Assembly: GCF_018977255.1 (NCBI RefSeq)
Contig: NW_024704743.1
Location: 20,710,001-20,774,000 of the forward strand
Source of the DNA: Callorhinchus milii
Lineage: Eukaryota
Direction: 5' to 3'
Length of the DNA: 64,000 nucleotides
Made by a program: the position numbers and the translations under genes. Below, one piece after another: positions 37,701 to 50,114 of this stretch (position 1 is its first letter; each line of letters starts with the position of its first letter). Below the pieces are notes generated by a model. That model did no database searches. It was not told the origin of the DNA and saw only the letters and a program-made list of their open reading frames with translations.

Positions 37701-40309
37701 TGTTTCTCATAAATACATAAATGATCTGGATGCCCAAACCAACTGTAAAATGGCCAAATTGGCTGAAGGCAAAAATAGATGACACAATAGACACAGTAGA
37801 TGCAACAAAAGGTTTGTAAAATGCTTTGGATTGGTTATTGAATTCAACACATAGATAACAAGAGCTCGCAATCCGTTAGCATCCTTCATGTAGCACAGTG
37901 TCTGAGAGTGGTGGCCGAGGAAGGAAGAAAATAGATGGGGGAGATTGCCAGACATGGTTAAAGAGGTAGGATTTAAAGTAGGATCTAAATATAGATAGAG
38001 AAGAGCAGAAGTGGAAATAGATAGCAAATTAAACACACATAAATGTAAAGTTTTTCAGCAATATTTAGAAAATTGTGAAGCATAAAATAAAATAATATAA
38101 ATTCAATGTCAATAAAATAAATTTGGGGTGATGAGATTGGAAATAAAGTGATAACAGCACACAGATCACTTTCAATGTCCAGATATTGGGATATAATAAT
38201 AATCTTTGCATTTGATGAAACACCTATAAAATCAAACATCTCAATGTGCTACACCGGAAATTGCTATCAAGTGTAGCGTCTGTGTATTTGTAGACAAACA
38301 TGGCAGGTGATTTGCATGTAGCAGATCATACAAACAGCCATAAAGTGAACAACTAATTCATCTGGAGGATTGTTGGCATTTCATCTAGAGAACAGCACCT
38401 CTGACAATGCAGCACTCCCCCAGCACTGAACTATGAGCTCTAATTCCCAATGCAGGGCACCCACAATTTTCTCAACCAAAAGAGGCAATAATGCAATTAA
38501 CTGGGCCAATCTCACACATAATGTGTGTTTGGCCCTTTCACTATCCCTATAGAGCTTTATGTTCTGCATTTGGAATGGGACTTTGTATTAAAAACACAGA
38601 TGACAAAAAACATTGGAGGGATTACAAGCACAAAAGTCCAGTTGGAGGGTGTGATGTTATAAGTAATTGTAGATACCAAATTACAGCCAGGCCAAGATTA
38701 AGTGCTAAATTTATCATAAAGAAAGATTTGGAGGATGAATGCCCTTTGGCCATTTGATCTCATCTTCCAGAATAGTTGCCCTAACTGCAGTATAGAGAAA
38801 TACAGTAGAGAGAGGCAATTAGCTGTGTTAATTGGGACCAACCCTTGCAGATATAAAACCTTGGACTAGGAGAAGGCAGGATGTGTGAAGGAGCTCCAAA
38901 TTTGGTGCAGAATCACTTTGGAAACCTGCAGTTACCTCCTTAATGCTGTGTGGGTTTAATTTTAATTACAATTGATGTCTTGGTGTATCTTCTCCATCCT
39001 AGGGATTGATAGTGCCTCAATGATTGGCATGCAAAACTGCAGGAGGTTTTCATTTTCCTGGATATTTATCAGATAAAGACCTGTAGGCATGATAAGTGGA
39101 ACCAACCTGCTCAATGTTGTAAGAAAGGGAGTAGCAAAGGAGGAACATTTGCCTCTACCAGTTTGTGTGCAGTTTTTCTGAGACTGGGAGTGCAGGTGTA
39201 TTGTGTGTTAATATTCCACCAGAATGTAATATCCACCTTGGCAAAGACGCTGTTTCTTGGTGCCATTTAGCAGTTAGTAAACACAATCTTGTTTGGATTA
39301 CTTCCAATCAGGACACTCCTTATCTCACGTCGGTCAAACATATTGACATAAGGCTCCAATTGGATTTTTAATATCCAGGGAAAAAGCTATTTCCTCTTTT
39401 TTTGACTGGGAATTATTTAAAGAATTCTCCTTTAAACAAGGACAAAGTATATATTTTTAATAAAATATCACTAAATAAATTACAAATGATGATACAGACA
39501 GAATTCGGCAACAGATTGGGTGACAAATGTGCTTTCCCACAGAATAGCAGTACATATGCCAAGGCTCAAAACTCCCACAGCTTTTGTTTGTAAAGAGGAT
39601 AACTTTAGCTACTCTTCTTCCAGCAATGTGAACAGCTTTATCATTACGGTGTTTGTGCCAACATTCTGAATAATATGTCTAGTTCTACCAAGTTTCATAC
39701 TGTATTATGTGTTGTCTTATTCATTGGTTAATATATGTGCTAAACACAATATAACATGTCTATTTATACTAACAAGACTTTAATGTATGTCTAAATAAAA
39801 GAGGCAAATTAAAACATATTTGTGTTACAAGGATTGTATTGTTTTGTTTTTCATATAATAAATATTTCCAACTGCTATTTTACAGTCAAAATGCATTAAC
39901 TTGCATTTGACCTCATTGAATTGCATCTGCCATCCTTCTGCGAACTTACCTTCCCCTTCAAGAAAGATAATCACACATTAGTCATTCAGTTCACACTGAA
40001 CATTAACCTGACTTTTCTTTTCAGGTGCTGATTGATTTATGATATGTTTCTAGTGTTTTCTGCTTCTGATTCATTTAACATCCGTGCTTTGAGTTAACTA
40101 TCCAACGAGACATTATTTTTAGCAGAGGGATCTTTCTTTTGCTCTCTTCTGAAGTAATACCTTAGCAGTATGGCCTACTATTTGTGAATGGAAATAAATG
40201 AAAAATATTACATTATTCACGAGAGACGAAGTTGCATCCATTCTTCAAATTAACTTTCTCTTACATAGCAACATCTCCCACTTTCTGTCTGCTAGAACTT
40301 TATATGATC

Positions 40310-41090
40310 AACAACAATTTGCATTTACGTAGGACACCTCACGCAGGGTAGCATCCCAGTGTGCTTGAGAGTAGCGGGGACATGACACTGAGCCGGGGGG
40401 AGGGGGGAAGATGACCGTAAGCACGGTCAAAGAGGAAGATGTTCAGGAGCGTCCTGAAGAAGGGGAAGGAAGGGGCAAGGCGGAGGGATAGAGGAAGAGT
40501 GTTCCAGAGTTTCGGGCACAGTGGCTGAAGCACGCAGACACCAGGTAAACTTCCACATGCATGCAGATGACACACAAATCTATTTCTCCTTCTCCCTCCA
40601 GCTGCGACTCCAGGTCCGCCAATGTTCCCTTAGCTTGTCTGGCAGACATCAGGGCCTGGATGAGTGAAAACTTCCTACAATTGAATGTTGACAAGACGGA
40701 AGCCATACTCTTCGGCTCTATCAACGTATTCTATCCTGCGACTCTGACCTCCTCAACCTCCCCGGCCTATCCCTCAGACTTTCCAAACCTAGGTGCCAGG
40801 TTTGACCCACAGCTGTCTTTCCTTCCCCACATACAGTCCTTGACCAGGTCCGCCTTCCTCCACCTCATTGCACACCTCCGATCGTACTTTAACCCAGACC
40901 CAGCCAAAACATTCGTCCATGAACTCGTCACCTCCCGACTGGACTTCTCAAATACCCTGTTTGCCGGTCTCCCCGGCTCCACCATTCACAGGATCCAACT
41001 GATTCAAAACTCTGCCGCCCGCAAACTCACCCGCACTAAACCCCGTATCCCCAATCACACCAGTTCTAGCCAGGCTCCACTGGCTCCCTG
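40310..41090 (-). mobile_element. L2 insertion with inverted 5' part (3' end 40310-40535 on -, upstream RT part ~40545-41090 on +)
   Basis: Minus: FSHCARNSG + tail. Plus: HMHADDTQI...WMSENFLQLNVDKTE...SRLDFSN...LHWLP. Confidence 0.85.
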
Positions 41091-41520
41091 AAGCACTTTA
41101 TAACGTCTCGAAGACCTGTTAAGATGCTAAATAAAATGCAAGGATTTATTATTATTATTATTATTATTATTATCATTGAGACATCTCAAAGAGCTTCACC
41201 ACATGTATTGCAAAACGATTTTGTGTTTTGAGGGCGAAACCGTGCTTTTTGGGAGGACAGTGCTACAGCAGAGAGCAAGGGCTGGGGGTGGGGGGGGGGG
41301 GGTAATACGAGGCTTTAGCATTTACTCTGCAGCATGTTATTGTCATTAATAATAACAATAAAGCCCAGAGCATTTGCCGCAAAGCAACACAATGCTGCAT
41401 GTTTTATTACAATGAAAATAGACACGGCAGGCAGGCTAATCTGCTGCCTTGCAGGCAGTGGGGAACCTCTCTACCCTTTCACACACTGACAAATATAGTA
41501 ACACATGCTAATGACTGCAG

Positions 41521-41547
41521 TTGACGTCAGGCAGCGAGTGGGAAGTG
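41521..41547 (+). promoter_or_regulatory. MSRB2 proximal promoter: palindromic CRE (TGACGTCA, 41522-41529) and GGAAGT ETS-like site
   Basis: Motifs 50-80 nt upstream of the ATG in a locally CpG-enriched stretch. Confidence 0.5.
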
Positions 41548-41598
41548 CTGAGGAGCACGGGCTGATCGGACCCAAACATCGGCTGCTCACCCTGAACC

Positions 41599-41710
41599 AT
41601 GGCTCGCTTTGTCCTTCGTTTTTCCGGGCTTCTCTTCAGGGAAAACCTTCCCAGGACCGTCAGTGGGTGGAAGAGGGTTCAGTGGACACGACCTTTTCAT
41701 ACCAGGGCAG
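41599..41710 (+). CDS. MSRB2: MSRB2 exon 1, putative mitochondrial targeting peptide MARFVLRFSGLLFRENLPRTVSGWKRVQWTRPFHTRA
   Basis: Kozak AACCATGG; Arg-rich, acid-poor N-terminus; donor CAG|GTAGGT; phase 1 matches exon 2. Confidence 0.8.
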
Positions 41711-43449
41711 GTAGGTTAGAGCTGGGGCTCTGCCCAGTGCGGTCTGACCATGAATGAATCCACTCAGATTCATGTGCTGACTTGCACGCTGCAGCTGTTG
41801 TTTGGGCTGTAAGTTTCAGTGGAAATTTCCACTGCTCAGTGCACACATCTGGCGCTCCCGGAGACTTGCTTTCGAGGGGGGGGGTGGCAAAAATCAAAAC
41901 AAATAAAAAGCTATTGGCAAGTCAAGTCGATGTGAAAATGCTTCATGTCTTTAGAAGTGTCGCTGATTTGGACAAAATGTGAAGGGATATTGAGCCAGTG
42001 GCGTTTGAAATGTAATGAACCGTGGTTAATCCTATTCACCCCACACAAAATACACAGTCAATACACTGACACAGTATATTCTGTGAAATGTCCAGAAGAT
42101 GTGAGAAGGTGTTACATTGCCAGCGTCTTGGGTTGGTCTCCTGATGTGAACGGCGCTGTACGCATGTAATTTGTTGTTGTTGACTATCAAACACAAGGTC
42201 TATTGTTATAATAAATCCAATACTCATTGTGGACATAGGTTTCTCTCATGTTTGCGATTCATGGGTTTGTAAAGCTGTATAACTGTAATGAGAATTTTTT
42301 AAAAAAAACAGCGAATTGCATTCACGATCTCTCATTTCACATAAAATGGTAAACCGAGAATCTGTGTGCAGTTGCTCTGGCTCCTCTGGAGAGAGCAATC
42401 AGAGATTGTTTGAAAGCAAATAATGAGCGTTTGGCATAATAATAAAAATAATAATAATAATCAATAATAATCCTTGCATTTGTCATATCACCTATCACAT
42501 CATTGTGACATCTCCAAGCGCATCACAGAATATACAATAAAGTGACTTGACTGTGTAACGAAAATATTTCATGCAGATTTTGTAATGATTAAATCCTTGT
42601 TCTTCTCTGGAACGTTTTATCTCAGTTGAGCAAACAAAGCGCAGCTGTGTCCACTTCAGGCTCAGACACAAGTGAGTCCTGGCTGAAAGGTCAATGTGGC
42701 AAGTTGGTTTAAATGTTTGAAATGCAAAAGCAATGACCCCTTTGAACCTCCTCTGAGAGGTGATACTTGATCTTTATGTTGTTGCGTGGAAACTGTTGCT
42801 AGGTTTAGAGAAAGGGTAACGCGGGGGTGGGTGGGGGGAGATATGTTTAGTTAGCATTGCTGTAGTCACTTGCGTATCAGATAATTAAAAATCTTCGACA
42901 ACGTTATACAGCTTTCAGTCCCTTCTGTCTCTACACCCTCCCCCACCTTCCGAAGGCAGTGGCTTGTGCTTGGTACTGCTCATGTGCTGGCATAGATAGT
43001 GAGTGTCTTCAAGCTTCTTATCTCGGGGGAGGACGGATGGACGAACGACATATTGTGGGTGTGTTTCGTCCGCAAATTGCACAGTCAGTCCACTTTACAG
43101 TATATATCATGTGAAGCGTTTTGAGACGTCTCAACAGGGTGATAAGCTGGGCCAATAGAAAATTGGGAAATATTTGGTACACATTGCGGGGAAATTTTCA
43201 ATTTTTCTGGAAATTGCAGGGAAATTTTTGGCACATTTTACAGGAAATTGCAAGGAGTTGATTGGTGCTATTGAGGTACGTTTTACTGCCAACCTACATT
43301 TTTTCACTTTATTGATTAAAACTAAACATGAGGAAATAAAACGTATTAGATTGTTGCAAAAAAATGTATAATTATTAATTCTTTAACAAAAACTGGGTGG
43401 CCCATTTTTTTTGGGGGGGTGCGTGGGGGCGGGGAGTAAACACCAGTGA

Positions 43450-44100
43450 GGCATTCTCACAGAGAGAGACACAAACTCATAGACAAAAAGGAGACACTCA
43501 TAAACACACACACGTATAGAAGAGACACACACAACAACTATATGGCGCCCTCCACGCAGGGCAGCATCTCAGAGCGCTCGAGACACTCCACTCACACAGA
43601 CACACTTACAAACACATACATAAACATACACTCATAGACACAAAGAGACATACACACACATACACAAACAGAGACACACATGCACACTCATAAACCAATA
43701 CACATACAGAGGAGAGAGACACACTAACACAGACGCTCACAAACACACACATACAGAAAAGAGAGACACACACTCACAAACCCACATACAGAGGGGGGAG
43801 ACACACTCACATAGAGGCACTCACAAACACACACACATACGAAGGATAGAGAGACACACTCACATAGAGACACTCACAAACACATACAGGGGAGAGAGAG
43901 ACCTCACAGGGACACTCACACACACAGAGACTCACACAGACTCTCACAAACATATAGAGAGACAAACACATAAAGACACTCACAAACACATAGTGAGAGA
44001 GACACACACAAATACATGTGTGACACTTGCAAACAGAAAGAGAGACTCACAAACACAGAGAGAAACACAGTCACATAGAGACACTCACAAGCACATAGAG
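43450..44100. repeat. Degenerate (CA)/(GA) microsatellite region
   Basis: Direct reading (acacactcacaaacacacacatacaga...). Confidence 0.92.
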
Positions 44101-44739
44101 GCCCGGGGGGCAGAAACTACATTTATAGTGGGTTTGGAGCGGAGAATGGCCTTTGTGGTGGATTCCAACGAAAAGTGCGGCCGTAATTTTCTATTGACCC
44201 AGGTGATAAGGTACAATATCAAATGCAAGGATTATTATATAAATTAGTGCAAGCCTGTCCTCACCTGACATCCACAAATCCAACCCCCAAAATCTCCTAA
44301 TAGCTTCATACAAGGGGGAAAGGCCAGGACAGTGAGATTGAAACTACAACTTGCTCTGAGAGCCTACACAGACTCCATGGCCCATTTATATATATATATA
44401 TCATGCTCCAAATATTCTAACCCTTTTCTAATAGTGAAGCTATTCCCTTTTTTATCATTTATCTTTGTTCTGCTCCCTTCTCTGCTAACTTTCCATTTTA
44501 AATGTGGGAGTACATTTAAAAATATATATATTATGTGTGAAACATCAGTGATGGATGTTTTCACAGCTAATAGGAAAGGACAAGACTGTTTTAGTTGGGT
44601 CCTGAATGAAACCGGGGAAAACTTTTATGCAAGAGTGACAAACCAGAAAGTGGTAGTAAACTCATTTGGGGCTCCTGTGGTGAGATCGTTCTTGGACAAA
44701 TAAGCAGCCCCACAGTATCTAAGTGATAACCCTTATGCC

Positions 44740-45562
44740 ATAGGCAATCCTCATGCCATCCGCAGGCATGAGGTTAACTTCCACCTGTATGCAGATGATG
44801 CCCACCTCTATCTCTGCTTCCACCCTCGACCTCAGGACAACTGCTGTCCTGATAAAAATTGTCTGTCCGACATCAAGTCCTGGATGAGAGCCAATTCTCT
44901 TCAGTTGATTGTTGACAAACCGAGGCCCTCCTGCTTGGCTTCCGTCAGTGCCTCCTCATCTCAGGCACTGACAGCATCACTATTCATTGATGCACTCTCC
45001 ACCTCTTTAAACCCCACATCCATGCCATGACCCATTCTACCTTCCACCACCTCCGCAACATTGCCCGCCTCCAACATTATCTCTCCCCTCAGGCTGCCAA
45101 TTCATCCAGGATTGACGATGCTAACTCCTTGCTTGCCAGACTTCCTAACTACAGATTAGTCAGTACTCTGCAGCACTTATCCTCTCCTACACCTGTGAGC
45201 CAATCATACCCATCCTCCCTCTGGCTCTCCACTTCAGTTAGAATAGAGTTGGGCTCCGGACTGCTACACGTCCCTCACCTCGCTTGCCCCACTATTGGCA
45301 GGCGGGCCTTCTGCCACTCTGCCCCTACCCTCTGGAATTACATCCCAGGAGACCCTTTGCCTCACCCACTTTCTTGTCTCCTTCAAGGGCTGTCTCAAGA
45401 CCTTCCTATTTGACCATATCTTTGGTCAACCCTCCCCCATCCCCACCGCTCTTGCCCTTCACCGCTCTTGATTTCAGCTCTCAGCTCGGGCGAAAACCCT
45501 TGACTGTCCAGTACCTTGTGAGATGAAAGGTGCTATATAAATGCAATTTGTTATTGTTGTTG
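44740..45562 (+). mobile_element. Degenerate L2 RT/3' fragment
   Basis: tatgcagatgat (YADD) at ~44788; (TTG)n-like tail. Confidence 0.85.
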
Positions 45563-46024
45563 GTTCAACATGCTGCCTGGAAACTGCAGATATTGCATCA
45601 GATCTCAATCAATGCTGCCCAAGTGTGTAACTGGGTGCATGTATACAGCTCTGCTAACCCTGCTGTTTAAATTATGTTTTAAGTTATTCAAGAGCTGGAG
45701 GCACAGCCAACTCTCTGATCATGATAAGATTCCTAAGGGACAACTCAGGAACTTTTAAACTTAATTTTGTTAAGGTTAAAAATGTGGCTTTGCAATGACT
45801 GCCGTCAAACTGGAATTACATTACACACATTCATCATTCCTTGGATGTGGCCTTGTTTTCTCCCACAAATATACAGTCAATTCACTTTACAGTCTATTCT
45901 GTTAAGCGCTTTGAGATGTCTAGAAGACGTGAAAAGCACTATATCAAATGCAAGGATTATTATTATTTGTTGTACTCCAAATTAATATCAGTTGGCCTAT
46001 TTCACATCATAGTTACACTATTAC

Positions 46025-46101
46025 ATATTTTGCATAATTTTGATGCATAAAACTACACTGAACCCCAGTGTAGTTTTATGCATCAAAATTATGCAAAATA
46101 T
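46025..46101. repeat. Perfect 36-bp inverted repeat with 5-nt loop
   Basis: atattttgcataattttgatgcataaaactacactg-aaccc-cagtgtagttttatgcatcaaaattatgcaaaatat. Confidence 0.97.
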
Positions 46102-46169
46102 CAGTGTATTGTATCACTGCAGCATGGACAGTTGGTATTTAATAAGCAGCTTTCCTGGACTGTTTGGCT

Positions 46170-47400
46170 TCATAGAATCATAGAATCTTACAGCACAGAA
46201 GGAGGCCATTCAGCCCATCGTCCCTATGCCACTCTTTGAAAGAGCTACAACAACAACAAGATTGCATTTATAGAGCGCCTTTCACGTCGGGAGGACATCC
46301 CAAGGCGCTGTACAGTTGGGTCGGGACCCGAACAGGGGGGAAATGGTCAGGGTGAGGGGAGGGAAGGGAGGGAGCGAGGAGGGCTAGAGAGTCGAGAGGG
46401 GAGCTGAAGGCACGGTCAAAGAGAAAGGTCTTGAGATCGGCCTTGAAGGAGGAAAGGGAGGAGGCGGCGAAGGCACTGGGGGATGGAGTTCCAGAGCCTA
46501 GGGGCTGAGAGGCTGAAGGCCCGGCCACCGATGGTAGGATGTGGAGCAGATCGGAGCCAGAGGAACGGAGGGTACGGGCAGGTATGTGGGGGGATAGTAG
46601 GTCGGAGAGGTAGGAGGGAGCAAGGCCGTGAATGGCCTTGTAGGTGAGGATGAGGATCTTGAATTCAATCCTCTGGGGGATGGGGAGCCAGTGGAGGCGA
46701 GCGAGGGTGGGAGTGATGTGGTCGCGAAGCCTGGTGCGGGACAGTACACGAGCTGCAGAGTTCTGAATGACCTGAGGCTTGTGGAGGGAGGTGCCGGGAA
46801 GGCCGGCGAGGAGAGAGTTCCCGTTGTCCAGCCTTGATGTGATAAAGGCGTGGACCAGAGTTTCAGCAGCGTGAGGGGTGAGGTAGTGCCATAGTCTGGC
46901 GATGTTTCGGAGGTGGTGGAAGGCAGTGCCAGCTGTGGCGCGGATGTGGGGAAGAAAGGACAGCTCAGGGTCGAACAGAACACCGAGGTTCCTGACCGGC
47001 TTTGAGAGGTGGAGAGTGCAGCTTGGATGCTGATGCTGTCAGCGCCTGATATCTAACTAATCCCACTTGCCTGCTCTTACAGCATACACTGCTGTGCGCA
47101 ATTGGCTGTTGTGTTTCGCCCAAAAATATAGTCAATTCACTTTACAGTATATTCTGTGAAGTGCTTAGGGACGTCTAGAAGACGTGAAAAGCGTTATATC
47201 AAATGCAAGGATTATTATTATTATTAATATAGACCTACAAATGTTTCCTTTTCAAGTACCTATCCAATTCCCTTTTGAAAGCTATTATCGAATCTGCTTC
47301 CACCAACCTTTCAGGCATTGCATTCCAGACTGTAACAGATCTCTGAGTAAAACAAATTATCCTCGTCTCCCCTCTGGTAAGGATTTCTTATGTTTACAGC
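46170..47400 (-). mobile_element. CR1 3' end (-) with nested L2 (-, ~46247-47050) and SINE 3' part (+, ~47085-47226)
   Basis: catagaatcatagaatc...ggaggccattcagccc CR1 tail; L2 ORF2 remnants; CR1 resumes after each insert. Confidence 0.75.
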
Positions 47401-47938
47401 TGCTGTGCTGTGATGCTGAAACAAAAAAGAATATAACAGTAACAAAGTTACTTAAATATCTGGAATAAATAACCTAATTATGTAATAGTAACCCTACAAC
47501 TATAAAACCAAGCACTTCAAGCACATTAAAAATGTTCCCTTTAATTTACCCCTTGTTCCCTGTTCTGACTTCTTTCGCGTTCTCTGCCCTTATTTTATAT
47601 CCCTACATTTTATTTAAATTTAACCCAATTTATGTTTTTAATCCTCTCAGATCTAAAATTATGCCCTTCTTTCTCTCCTTCAACCTGTGTCTTGGAGGTG
47701 GGACAACTTTCAAAAGCTGGACTTTGATTTGCTGAAAATCTAACTTAAAGGGCAACTATTCAACTAATTAGAAACTCAGATCTGATGACTGACATGGTCG
47801 ACTCCTGGACGTGACCAAATCCACTCAAGACAAGTGCTGCTGATGCTCATTGGTGACTCTCAGGTGGTCCATTTGTAGATCGTCTCTTTGTGTATTTCAC
47901 TATTTAAACATATAACAATCTTCTTGATAGACAGATAT

Positions 47939-48975
47939 GGAGTCCTTAGCTCAGTGGTTGGAGCACTTGCCTCGCAAGCAAGAGACTTGGGTTCGATTCC
48001 TGGCAGGGTGAAACATTGGGCAAGTTTCCTTACTCCACACACCTGTTTACCAAGCAGTAAGTAGGAACCCGATTGTTAGTTGATTGGTGGATTGCTCTTC
48101 CGCGGGTAATAATTCCTTCTAAAAAAAAATCCTTCACTCAATCCACGGATGCACACTCCACCTTACTAAGCCAGTCTGGAACCTTGGCGTCTTGTTTGAC
48201 CCTCAACTATCCTTTCTACCCCTCATCCATGCCGTGATCTGCTCTGCCTTCCCCCACCTTTGCAACATCATCCGGCTCCACCACTGTCTCACACCGCAGG
48301 CTGCTGAAACCCTCATACACGCATTTGTTACATCAAGGCTGGACGACGTAAACTCCCTGCTTGTTGGCCTCCCGAACTCTCCATCCACGGGCTGCAGATC
48401 GTCCAGAACCCTGCTGTGCGTGCCATCTCCCGCACAAGGCTACGCGACCCTATCACCCCCATCCTCGCCCGACTCCACTGGCTTCCCATCAAACAGAGGA
48501 TACAGTTCAAGATCCTGGTCCTCACCTGCAAAGCCCTCCACGGTCTTGCTCCCCCATACCTCTGCCACCTCCTAACCCCTACCATCCTGCTCGCTCCATC
48601 CGCTCAGCGGGCTCTGGCCTACTTCATGTCCCGCACCTTTGCCCACCCCACCATTGGCGAGAGGGTCTTCTGCCACTCTGCCCCCACCTTCTGGAACTCC
48701 ATCCCGTAGTCCCTCCGCCTCACCCCCTCCCTTGCCTTCTTCAAGACCAATCTCAAGACCTCCTCTTCGACCATGCTTTCGATCACCCTGCTTCCCCCCC
48801 CATGCCCTCCACCCTCCCCAATCCTGACCTGCAGCTTGGGTCCAACACTCTGACTGTCCAGCGCCTTGAGATGTCCTCCTGATGTGAAAGACGCTATGCA
48901 AATGTAATTTTGTTGTTGTTGTCTCGAAGACGTGATAAGGCGCTATATCAAATGCAAGGATTATTGTTATTATTG
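47939..48975 (+). mobile_element. SINE head + L2 3' fragment (48146-48921) + SINE tail composite
   Basis: A/B boxes at 47947-48000; L2 ORF2 (HAFVTSRLD, LHWLPIKQRIQFK); SINE tail gtctcgaagacgtgataaggcgc. Confidence 0.88.
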
Positions 48976-48982
48976 TATCCAA

Positions 48983-49097
48983 AAGGCAAAATACTGACAA
49001 ACGGTCATCGACCTGAAACGTTAAGTCATTTACCTCTCCACAGATGCTGCCTTGACCCGCTGAGTTTTCCCAGCGACTTGTGTTTTTATTTCAGATA
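48983..49097 (+). mobile_element. Short internally deleted Penelope-derived terminal relic
   Basis: caaaatactg...acctgaaacgtt...ctctccacagatgctgcc...gctgag matches the termini of 23180-24612. Confidence 0.7.
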
Positions 49098-49145
49098 TCC
49101 AAAAAGAGTTCCTAAGTAAGAGTTTGCTACTTTTCATTTCTATAG

Positions 49146-49252
49146 GTTTAAGATCACTGACGCGATATGATGAATCAACCATAAATGTTGATTGGCAAAA
49201 GAAGCTGACGCCAGAGCAATACTTTGTGACTCGAGAAAAAGGAACTGAACTG
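49146..49252 (+). CDS. MSRB2: MSRB2 exon 2, [35 protein letters not shown]
   Basis: ctatag| ... |gtgagt; Msr[10 protein letters not shown]...TREKGTE motif. Confidence 0.95.
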
Positions 49253-49531
49253 GTGAGTAGTTTACTGTTATAACATGGTGACATGGAGTAAACTGCAAAT
49301 GATGGACATCATTTACGAAGCATTTCAGATGACATCAGTTGTTGAACTATTTTTGCAAGTGGAGAGTCAATGTCACTATACATACATTCAGCTGGGAAAT
49401 CTGAGGCAGGTGAAGGGTGGCTGAAGATTTGGAGGAAAGAATAGGCATTGGACATCAAGCAGCACTTTTCCACATGACTCAATTGACTGATTTAACAGTA
49501 GCATTGCTGGTTCAATATAACCATAATATGT

Positions 49532-49850
49532 GGAGTCCTGTAGCTCAGTGGTTAGAGCACTTGCTTTGCAAGCGAGAGACCTGAGTTCAATTCCAGGCAG
49601 GTCAGGGCGAAACCTTGGGCAAGTTTCCTTACTCCACACGCCTAATAATAATCCCTCCAAAAACAAAACAATAATAAAATTGGTCATTTTCAATCCATGA
49701 CTGTTTGTGGGACATTGCTGTGCGCATTTGGTTGCCGTGTTCGCCCACAAATATACAGTCAATTCACTTTACAGTATATACTGTGAAGCGCTTTGGGACG
49801 TCCTCCCGACGTGAAAAGCGCTATATCAAATGCAAGGAATATTATTATTA
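49532..49850 (+). mobile_element. Full-length tRNA(Ala)-derived SINE
   Basis: Same head, body and tail as 15999-16322 with a few differences. Confidence 0.93.
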
Positions 49851-50114
49851 TCCTGTGTAGGCAGGATCATCTGAAACTCGTATCGTAAAGTAGTTTGAAG
49901 AAAGGCATGATCCAGGTCTTTAAAGGGTGAAAACTACCTTTGGGAATCAAGGAGTATTTACACAGAAATTTCTCTCCAGAGTTGAATGGATGGGGTGGTA
50001 TCTTTGAAAGGGAGACTGTAATGGAAAAGGGAGCCTTGAAGGGCTGATTGGCCTTTTCTCCTTTAATGCTTTTTTGTGTTACCATGATACCACGTTTACA
50101 GAGAAATATTTGTA

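Noticed and set aside
43446..44247. His/Thr- or Cys/Val-rich ORFs
   Set aside because: Translations of CA/GA microsatellite.
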